DNA of 63,671 nt, filler included, from Octopus bimaculoides (lineage: Eukaryota): assembly GCF_001194135.2 (NCBI RefSeq). It is 10 parts of 7 records of this genome, joined end to end, with 100 filler letters (N's around TTAATTAATTAA, not from the genome) between each part and the next. Parts side by side here need not be neighbours in the genome. Positions count along the whole stretch, not along the records: positions 53,359 to 55,396 come from NC_069007.1; positions 55,497 to 58,502 come from NW_026435395.1; positions 58,603 to 61,231 come from NW_026327891.1; positions 61,332 to 63,671 come from NC_068982.1; 6 more parts are not named here. The stretch is one strand, 5' to 3'. How positions within the stretch are numbered: the stretch's first letter is position 1; each line of letters starts with the position of its first letter. The notes under the pieces were generated by a model, which saw only the letters and a program-made list of their open reading frames with translations, was not told the DNA's origin and did no database searches. The translations under genes and the position numbers were made by a program. Positions 54,686 to 63,671 of the stretch are shown here, one piece after another.

Positions 54686-54870
54686 TCCTTTAGCAGTCAG
54701 ATTAAGCTATCAAATGTAATCCTTATTTATTCACTTTGTTTTGAATTAATCGTACATTATCTCAAAACTCCGAGATTTCAATGATATGATTATTTATTTT
54801 CAGAATGAAATCGTAGGGTTGGTGTGTGAGGCCAGATTTGCCAGGTAGAATATTTGGGCCTGAAATGTAA
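54686..54870 (+). mobile_element. Second copy of the MITE-like repeat at 29145-29360
   Basis: Aligns by eye with the reverse complement of 29145-29360. Confidence 0.65.
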
Positions 54871-55496
54871 GCAAGGGGGAACGAAAGAACGAACAGTGGA
54901 ATGAACGAATAAGGGTAAAGGGGCTGATAGACAGAAAGATTCGTACAAGATTTAGAATAATGTGTACTTACATATAAGAGACAGGTTGTACGTACGCTGC
55001 TATATATATAAATAATACAAAATGGGACAAAGACGCAAAGCATCCAGACAGTTAGGTGATACACGAAAGGGACAAAACATCCAGACAGACGATACAAAGA
55101 AAACAAGGACAGGTCATTAGGAGTTTTCTCTCTTCAGTCGAGATCCAGATTATCCTGGCAATTTCGGCTGGTTATTCTCGATATTGCTCCAATATAGCCA
55201 GTCCCAAGGAGAAACTAAGCTAAGAGCATTAGATTCCTTGGAAGAAAGCAGCAAATGTATACAGAAACAAGGACGGAAAAAAAACGATCAATGTTACACA
55301 AATGCAATAAAAAAAAAAACATATATGTATATATATATATATATATATGTACACACAAACACACACACCTATATATATGTACATATATGTGTGTATNNNN
55401 NNNNNNNNNNNNNNNNNNNNNNNNNNNNNNNNNNNNNNNNTTAATTAATTAANNNNNNNNNNNNNNNNNNNNNNNNNNNNNNNNNNNNNNNNNNNN

Positions 55497-55575
55497 GTTG
55501 TGGTGATGGTGGTGGTTGTGGTGATGGTGGTGGTTGTGGTGATGGTGGTGGTTGTGGTGATGGTGGTGGTTGTGG
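55497..55575. repeat. 18-bp G/T-rich tandem repeat (GTTGTGGTGATGGTGGTG), ~4 copies
   Basis: Read directly. Confidence 0.85.
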
Positions 55576-55718
55576 GGGTGTAGGCGGTGGTTAGTGAATT
55601 ATCAAGTCAGGTCACGCTGGTTGTGTGCAACGAATGCGTGAAAATGACTGTAGCAAGTTCAAATGTCACATCCCTCATTTCATGCTTTATCGGACACACA
55701 TCTGTCTCAACACACGCT

Positions 55719-55764
<46 letters not shown>

Positions 55765-56152
55765 TACAGAATGACATGCACCCAGCAAGGCGCATATGCA
55801 CGCATACATACGCATATGTACCAATATTGCTTACACATGAACACACGTGCACATAAAAATACGGACGAATAAAAGCACGCACGTGCGTCGCTTCACATAG
55901 CCATACGTTTATACACACGTACAGATATACTCACACGTGCAAATAAGTACACACGCACACATCCACACATATACACGCATATGGTTACATATGTGTGCGT
56001 GTGTGTGTGTGTGTTCGTGTGTGTGAGTGTTAAGAGTGGGTGAATGTGTGTGTTTGTGCCTTGTGTTTGTTCTTTACGAATACGCATGCACTTATATATT
56101 AATATTCAAACGCAAACAAACGCACCTCTTTCTCTGTCTGTCTGTCTCTCTC

Positions 56153-56187
<35 letters not shown>

Positions 56188-57143
56188 GAAGAAGAAGAAG
56201 AAGAAGAAGAAGAAAAATAATAAACATGTATATGTGCAATATACATACACTTATATTTACATATACGTGCGTCTGTATACGTATATATGTGTGTATGAGA
56301 GAAAAGAGATAGACATATATATGTATGTATGTATATGTGTTTANNNNNNNNNNNNNNNNNNNNNNNNNNNNNNNNNNNNNNNNNNNNNNNNNNNNNNNNN
56401 NNNNNNNNNNNNNNNNNNNNNNNNNNNNNNNNNNNNNNNNNNNNNNNNNNNNNNNNNNNNNNNNNNNNNNNNNNNNNNNNNNNNNNNNNNNNNNNNNNNN
56501 NNNNNNNNNNNNNNNNNNNNNNNNNNNNNNNNNNNNNNNNNNNNNNNNNNNNNNNNNNNNNNNNNNNNNNNNNNNNNNNNNNNNNNNNNNNNNNNNNNNN
56601 NNNNNNNNNNNNNNNNNNNNNNNNNNNNNNNNNNNNNNNNNNNNNNNNNNNNNNNNNNNNNNNNNNNNNNNNNNNNNNNNNNNNNNNNNNNNNNNNNNNN
56701 NNNNNNNNNNNNNNNNNNNNNNNNNNNNNNNNNNNNNNNNNNNNNNNNNNNNNNNNNNNNNNNNNNNNNNNNNNNNNNNNNNNNNNNNNNNNNNNNNNNN
56801 NNNNNNNNNNNNNNNNNNNNNNNNNNNNNNNNNNNNNNNNNNNNNNNNNNNNNNNNNNNNNNNNNNNNNNNNNNNNNNNNNNNNNNNNNNNNNNNNNNNN
56901 NNNNNNNNNNNNNNNNNNNNNNNNNNNNNNNNNNNNNNNNNNNNNNNNNNNNNNNNNNNNNNNNNNNNNNNNNNNNNNNNNNNNNNNNNNNNNNNNNNNN
57001 NNNNNNNNNNNNNNNNNNNNNNNNNNNNNNNNNNNNNNNNNNNNNNNNNNNNNNNNNNNNNNNNNNNNNNNNNNNNNNNNNNNNNNNNNNNNNNNNNNNN
57101 NNNNNNNNNNNNNNNNNNNNNNNNNNNNNNNNNNNNNNNNNNN

Positions 57144-57410
57144 TGCTGTGTTCAAGAAACACGCCATGTTGCTGGATGGGTTGCCCGTCGAATGAAGGTG
57201 ATGAGCAATGGTATCATGAGAGCGCCCCATTTGCTGGGCCAATTCCTTCGTGGGTTTGCCCAGCAAATGGGGCGCTCGTCCTCAGTGGATTGGAGGGGTT
57301 CTTTCTGGCTCTTGTCTTAACTGATTCTCATTGAACTGAATAGCTCGGCCGAAACGTGGAGAGTCTGTGGGGTCGTATTTCCCTTCCTTGAAGCTTGAAG
57401 ACCATTTTCT
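57144..57410 (-). mobile_element. Mariner transposase N-terminal (HTH) relic
   Basis: Minus strand reads RKWSSSFKEGKYDPTDSPRFGRAIQFNE and, past an inserted inversion, PTKELAQQMGRSHDTIAHHLHSTG, matching the mariner W..RF..G....D.PRSGRP and HTH2 patterns. Confidence 0.75.
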
Positions 57411-58026
57411 GCCATTTTTCTTTTTGTTTTTTATTCAGAAATAGCTCCATTACTGTAGACCAGGCAAATATATACATGCACGCTCACATTTATGCACAGA
57501 AGTGTGCTTAAGTACATTAAAAAAAGATTTAGATAAGATTTGAGATTTAGACCCAGGGTATAGGCACGGTCAGACATATAAACTAACATTAAGGTAGTGA
57601 AATACAACAGCATGATGATGGCACGTATGTGTGTGTGTGTGTGTGTATTCNNNNNNNNNNTTAGCTATAGAAACCAAGATCATTGGTGTATATTGTAGCT
57701 TCTAGATCACATACTCACATACACGCTCGCAAATAAATATATGTATACACGTGTGTACACATATGCAAGCATGTATATATATATATACGTGTGTGTGTGT
57801 ATAAGCATATTTATGTGGGTATGACTTCAATATCTGTAAGAATGTGTGCGTAGATCGATTGATACGTACATATATTGGTAAATACACACACACACACACA
57901 CACAGGTAGTGTACCCTATCATTCTATCTCTCTATTTATCTGTCTATGTATGTATCTCTCTATCTCTATATATCCATATGTGTGTGTGCCTGTATGTAGG
58001 TGTGCGTGAGTGCATGTGTATGTGTA

Positions 58027-58058
<32 letters not shown>

Positions 58059-58602
58059 TGTGTGTGCACGCGCGTGTATCTGCATACACATATACGAACA
58101 CATGCTACTAGTTATATACCATAAATTTAACCATATACACGGTTAAAAATTAACTTACTATATTCATATGAGGTCAATCTTAGCTTAAAGGAAAGAAGAA
58201 TTACATTATCACCAGATATTATCTGGTGCAAATATATAATGGCTTGTACTGTTTTGCACTGAAGATGTCCACGCCATGCATTTCCTGGCGTTGCCTGATT
58301 ATTAATTAAACTTTCGAGGTAGGGAAGATGAAGGACATATGAGTGTCCTGTAATTTTTTGTCGTATATAGATCTTAATTTATAAAACTGCAGGAATAATA
58401 TTTAGAGTCTATTGTCTTGTATTCAGGAAACTCAAATTCTTCTGAATGCTCATCAGACGTATATGTGTGTGGTGTTCTCATATATATATATATATATATA
58501 TANNNNNNNNNNNNNNNNNNNNNNNNNNNNNNNNNNNNNNNNNNNNTTAATTAATTAANNNNNNNNNNNNNNNNNNNNNNNNNNNNNNNNNNNNNNNNNN
58601 NN

Positions 58603-59592
58603 AATTCATCACAATATATTTCAACAATGCGGAAATTTTATTCATCAAAGTAGATACTATTACTTTCAACACATTTTTGCCAAAGCGTTATAAGTGTGTT
58701 GCTTCCAGTAACATAAAAATCTAGAGTTTTGAAGTTGATGAACACTTTGAACGCACTTTCAGCATCGGTTGATTTTTGAACTCCTTCTCTCGCAGTAAAC
58801 CATCGAGTCGCTTGAAAAAGAGGTAGTCGCTAGGAGAAAGATCTGGGGAGTAAGCTGCGTGGAGAAGAAATTCGTAGCCAAGTTCCATCAACTTTTGGAG
58901 CGTCATTAGTGAAACTTGTGGTCGAGCACTGTCATGAAGAATGATTGGCCCTCTTCTGTTGACCAGTCTGGAATAGAGGAGTCGTAGTTTTCCGTTCATT
59001 TTGGGAATTTCATGGCAATATGTTTCTGTAGTAATGGTGTTTTCCAGGTTTTAATAAGTTATAGTGGAAGAGTCCAACAATACACCACCAAACAGTCACT
59101 ATAACCTTCTTTTTGAAGAGTTCGGGTTTAGAGAAGGTGCTTCATTTTGGTCTAACTTCTGCGAAGAACGTTTGTTTTTACTATTGTACAGAATCCACTT
59201 TTCATCACAAGTTAGAAGACCGTCGAGAAATGGGTCGGGCTAGTTTCGGAGAAGTGACGAGCAAATTTCATATATGCGCATTTTCTGATTTTCATTCAAA
59301 TCGTGTGGTACCCATTTTTAGAGATTTTTCTTTTTTTTTTCTTGAGTTTTCAATTGCATGCAAGTGGTTGCAAGCAGTTTCCTGGCTAACTTGAAGTTCT
59401 TTTGCCAGTTCTCGAGTGGTTTTACGTGGATCTTTCTCAATGAGGGTCTTTACTTGACCGTCATCGATGACAGATTGGTGTCCACTACGCTCACGGTCTT
59501 CAAGCCTCAGGACTCCACTGCGAAATCGTTTAAACCATTTTCGAGTTAACCACTCACTGGTCATTTCCTCACCAAAAGTTTCGTTGATATCA
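58603..59592 (-). mobile_element. Decayed mariner transposase
   Basis: RKWFKRFRSG...EDRERSG...PRKTTRELAKELQVSQ in the N-terminal part. IILHDSARPQ...HAAYSPDLSPSDYLFFKRL in the catalytic part. Frameshifted; 5' end lost in a gap. Confidence 0.92.
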
Positions 59593-60550
59593 NNNNNNNN
59601 NNNNNNNNNNNNNNNNNNNNNNNNNNNNNNNNNNNNNNNNNNNNNNNNNNNNNNNNNNNNNNNNNNNNNNNNNNNNNNNNNNNNNNNNNNNNNNNNNNNN
59701 NNNNNNNNNNNNNNNNNNNNNNNNNNNNNNNNNNNNNNNNNNNNNNNNNNNNNNNNNNNNNNNNNNNNNNNNNNNNNNNNNNNNNNNNNNNNNNNNNNNN
59801 NNNNNNNNNNNNNNNNNNNNNNNNNNNNNNNNNNNNNNNNNNNNNNNNNNNNNNNNNNNNNNNNNNNNNNNNNNNNNNNNNNNNNNNNNNNNNNNNNNNN
59901 NNNNNNNNNNNNNNNNNNNNNNNNNNNNNNNNNNNNNNNNNNNNNNNNNNNNNNNNNNNNNNNNNNNNNNNNNNNNNNNNNNNNNNNNNNNNNNNNNNNN
60001 NNNNNNNNNNNNNNNNNNNNNNNNNNNNNNNNNNNNNNNNNNNNNNNNNNNNNNNNNNNNNNNNNNNNNNNNNNNNNNNNNNNNNNNNNNNNNNNNNNNN
60101 NNNNNNNNNNNNNNNNNNNNNNNNNNNNNNNNNNNNNNNNNNNNNNNNNNNNNNNNNNNNNNNNNNNNNNNNNNNNNNNNNNNNNNNNNNNNNNNNNNNN
60201 NNNNNNNNNNNNNNNNNNNNNNNNNNNNNNNNNNNNNNNNNNNNNNNNNNNNNNNNNNNNNNNNNNNNNNNNNNNNNNNNNNNNNNNNNNNNNNNNNNNN
60301 NNNNNNNNNNNNNNNNNNNNNNNNNNNNNNNNNNNNNNNNNNNNNNNNNNNNNNNNNNNNNNNNNNNNNNNNNNNNNNNNNNNNNNNNNNNNNNNNNNNN
60401 NNNNNNNNNNNNNNNNNNNNNNNNNNNNNNNNNNNNNNNNNNNNNNNNNNNNNNNNNNNNNNNNNNNNNNNNNNNNNNNNNNNNNNNNNNNNNNNNNNNN
60501 NNNNNNNNNNNNNNNNNNNNNNNNNNNNNNNNNNNNNNNNNNNNNNNNNN

Positions 60551-60650
60551 AGAAGAAGAAGAAGAAGAAGAAGAAGAAGAAGAAGAAGAAGAAGAAGAAG
60601 AAGAAGAAGAAGAAGAAGAAGAAGAAGAAGAAGAAGAAGAAGAAGAAGAA
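60551..60650. repeat. (AAG)n microsatellite
   Basis: Read directly. Confidence 0.97.
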
Positions 60651-60745
60651 ACAAAAGCTATACAACAAATGAAATCCAAACTAAAACTAGGCCAGATATA
60701 GTTGTAATAGGCCGGATATAGTTGTCATATTCCGGATATAGATGT

Positions 60746-61185
60746 CAGATAGATAACAGTAGAGAGATTAAGGCTAATAGGCCGAATATAGTTGTCAGAG
60801 ATCAGCAAGAAAAAGAATGCTTTCTAATCGTTGTATCAATACCAACAGATGAAAATGTAATCTAAAAGAAACAGGAAAACTTTCAAAATACAAAGATCAA
60901 GAAATATAAGTATCTCGAAAGTGGTGCCTAAAACTAGAAAAAAATTCCTATCATAATAAGCGCATTAGGTATGATAAAAAATATTCAGACAATTACATGA
61001 CTAAACGCCAGGAATCACAAGTATATATAACATACAGAAAATAGTGCCGTTTGTCACAGCACACATCCTACGTAAAACACTTTCAATACAACAAAAACAA
61101 GAGCATCACAACAACCCACAGCACATGCCCAATGCATTCAGAGCCGCTATCGGTAGTGAGGTGAAAACACATGATAAAGATAAGA

Positions 61186-61231
<46 letters not shown>
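60746..61231 (+). mobile_element. 5'-truncated R4/Dong-like element 3' end with (AAT)n tail
   Basis: REIKANRPNIVVRDQQEKECFLIVVSIPTDENV, then KETGKLSKYKDQEI*VSRKW...IPIIISALGMIK, then AHILRKTLS, then a UTR and (AAT)n. Confidence 0.85.
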
Positions 61232-61485
61232 NNNNNNNNNNNNNNNNNNNNNNNNNNNNNNNNNNNNNNNNNNNNTTAATTAATTAANNNNNNNNNNNNN
61301 NNNNNNNNNNNNNNNNNNNNNNNNNNNNNNNCCATAAGCATGGATATTCAGAATTGAGAAGAATTTTAGCAAAAAGAATCGCGAATATGTTTGGAAAAAA
61401 CATCAGAACACTTGTGATAAGAATTCAAGTGAAAAAGAAATGCTTTTTATTCTTTAGTCACCGGATGAGGAAGAATGTTAACTGA

Positions 61486-61778
61486 GAGTCCGTCGCTGAC
61501 AATGACGAGGGTTCCAGTTGATCCGATCGACGGAAATTAACGCTCAACAGGGACACTCGCACCCTTAACGGGGTTCTGAGGGAGATTCAGCGTAAAGCAG
61601 AATGTGACAAGGTTGGCTCTTTAGAATACAGGGACGACTCATTTTTACCAGATGAGTGGACGAAAACAGCTTGAAATAAAGTGTCTTGTTCAAGGACACA
61701 ACGCGACGCTAGGAATCGAACTCACGCCCTTACGATCGTGAGGTGAATACCCCTAACCAATAAACCACGCGCCTCCAC
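61486..61778 (-). mobile_element. SINE family 3 copy
   Basis: The reverse complement is collinear with 28627-28940. B-box-like GAGTTCGATTCCTA. Confidence 0.8.
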
Positions 61779-61972
61779 ATGTGGCAACACCCTCGCCACT
61801 AGGCCATGCCCCTTCACAAGGCGCGTGGAAGTGATATGCAAATGAGAAGCAACTACGAGAAGAAGAAACAGCTTCCCTGTAAGTTGCAGGGTGTTGACCA
61901 GAGAATCTTTGCTAATCAGCCAGATGGCGCCTTACAACCAACCTATTTCTGAAATTAATATGCTTGTGTCAA

Positions 61973-62186
61973 GGCGGCGAGATGGCAGAAACGTTAGCAT
62001 GCCAGGGCGAAATGTTTAGCGGTATTTCATCTGCCGCTACGTTCTGAGTTCAAATTCCGCCGAGGTCGACTTTGCATTTCATCCTTTCGGGGTCGATAAA
62101 ATAAGTATCAGTTATTAGGGTTGATGTAATCGACTAGATTCCCCCATCCCCCAAAATTTCATGCCTTGTGCTAATAGTAGAAAGGA
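61973..62186 (+). mobile_element. SINE family 1, full-length copy
   Basis: GGCGGCGAGATGGCAGAAACGTTAGC...GAGTTCAAATTCCGCCGAGGTCGACTTTGC...CCCCAAAATTTCATGCCTTGTGC. Confidence 0.88.
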
Positions 62187-62222
62187 TTAATATAATAATT
62201 GCTGTTTGCATTTATTCATCAA

Positions 62223-62440
62223 ATCATTCTTTCTAATTTTAGTTCAAGGCTACCAATTTTAAGGGGAGGGGGTAAGTCAGTCCTATTGATTCCAGTACTT
62301 GGCTGGTTCTTTATTTTATCGATTCCGGGAGGATGAAAGGCAAAGTCGGCCTCGGTAGGATTTGTGCTTAGAACATAAAGTGCTGGACTAAATTCCACCG
62401 AGCATTTTGTCACACGCGCTGACAATTTTGCCAGTTCATC
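62223..62440 (-). mobile_element. SINE family 1, inverted copy
   Basis: GGATGAAAGGCAAAGTCGGCCTCGG is the reverse complement of the family core. A further partial tail lies at ~62470-62510. Confidence 0.8.
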
Positions 62441-62538
62441 AAAACATTACAAATAAAATAGTTTTCAAATTTTGGCACAAGGCCAGCAATTTTAGGGGAT
62501 GGGGTCAGTCGTGTATATCACACAGCTACGCCTACGCC

Positions 62539-62570
<32 letters not shown>

Positions 62571-62989
62571 TGTATGTATGTATGTATATTTCTCTTTCTT
62601 TGCCCCTCTTTTTTCTTCTTCCCATTCTCCTTCTCTCTCTCTTTCCCTCTCTAATACTTTACTCCCTTCTTCATTTTGACTTTCTGTCCTTCTTTAGTCT
62701 CCAGTCCTACTGGACATTTTCACTTTCCTTTGCGTTATCCCATCTCAATTTGTCTTGCGGCTGCGCATGGCTTTTTTGTTGTATATGTAGGTTTTATTTT
62801 GTATTTGTTTCCATCATTGTCTTCTACATTCGTTAGCTATTCCCAGTGGCTTTTTGCCTCTGGCGCCACCAAGAGTGAACACTATCAACGTTAACGGCGC
62901 GAAACTGTAATGATCTTTTGAACATTGACTGATGAGGAATAAGCAACGAATTTTCTGTTTGTTATGTTTTTGTAATATTTCTGTTTGTT

Positions 62990-63671
62990 GTTGTTTTGTA
63001 AAATTTTTGAAGTTTTAACATCATCTCCTTCGAAATAGTCCCCTTGCACAGCGATACACCGGTTCCAGTGTTCCTGTCACTTTTCGAATCGGGTCTGGAA
63101 GTCGTGTTCCGTAAGCGAGTCGAGGATCTTTTGCGATTCACTTTGAATTTTGACAACGGTGATCTTTGAATACGGCAATCTTTGAGCTGCATTTTCATCT
63201 TAGGGAAGAGGTGGAAGCCCGCAGATGTTAAATCACGCGAACAGGACGAGTGCGGAAGCGATGCCATGTTGTTTTTGGCGAGAAACACATGAGCGAAACG
63301 AGTTCGGTGACTGGGTGTCTTGTGGTCCTGAAGAATCCAGTTCTTCGCCCACCACAGATCCGATCGCTTTTGCTGAATGTACTGTCCTCTCTCAATCGCT
63401 TCAAAACGTCGCAATAAAACTCTCGATTGACGGTCTGGCCTTTGGGGACGAATCCTCGATGCACAACACCATATTTCCAGGGGTGACGCTCGTGACAGGT
63501 CTTCCAGATCTCTCATCGTCTGCCAGGGACGTCCTTCCGCTTTTGAAACGCCTGTTCCACCCGAAACATTGTGTACGACCCATTACCTCGTCGCCGTAAG
63601 CTTGCTCAAGCAAGCTTAATATCCGTGTAGCACACTTGGCAAGTTTAACGCAGAATTTCTCGTTGGCTCTT
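62990..63671 (-). mobile_element. Internally deleted mariner transposase relic running off the window end
   Basis: LEQAYGDEVMGRTQCFGWNRRFKSGRTSLADDERSGRP is joined directly to HRGFVPKGQTVNREFYCDVLKRLRED, then KNWILQDH and SRDLTSAGFHLFPKMK. The HTH2, WVP and first-Asp region is missing. Confidence 0.9.

Noticed and set aside
55125-55210. CTGAAGA and GAAA on the minus strand in a PLE-like 3' region
   Set aside because: Motif order and stems do not assemble into a hammerhead.
57335-57365. Possible hammerhead (CTGAATAG...CCGAAACGTGG)
   Set aside because: Core is broken, there are no stems, and the sequence is explained as antisense mariner coding (SPRFGRAIQF).
61836-61843. Octamer ATGCAAAT as an snRNA promoter element
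   Set aside because: No PSE or snRNA sequence recognised downstream.

Overview
Eukaryotic, AT-rich, heavily gapped draft-assembly window. By recollection of its SINE/MITE families and microsatellite load it is most likely Octopus (inference, not a database result). I can support no host protein-coding gene, rRNA, tRNA or CRISPR array. The long ORFs in the track are artefacts of N-runs, microsatellites or a nearly T-free 20-bp minisatellite. Real content: five decayed mariner relics, Penelope-like element (PLE) fragments, RTE and R4/Dong-like non-LTR fragments, a solo LTR with a 5-bp TSD, three tRNA-type SINE families, palindromic MITE-like elements and several tandem arrays. Best leads: an apparently intact minimal type-I hammerhead ribozyme in an inverted PLE terminal repeat (4978-5023, minus); a second hammerhead-like motif inside the loop of an ~80-bp fold-back (30521-30757); a perfect 20-bp hairpin apparently made by template switching in a mariner relic (57220-57277); a 121-bp hairpin-bearing tandem array; and stuttered 5' junctions on two unrelated LINEs. 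Nine identical N44-TTAATTAATTAA-N44 blocks are assembly spacers.
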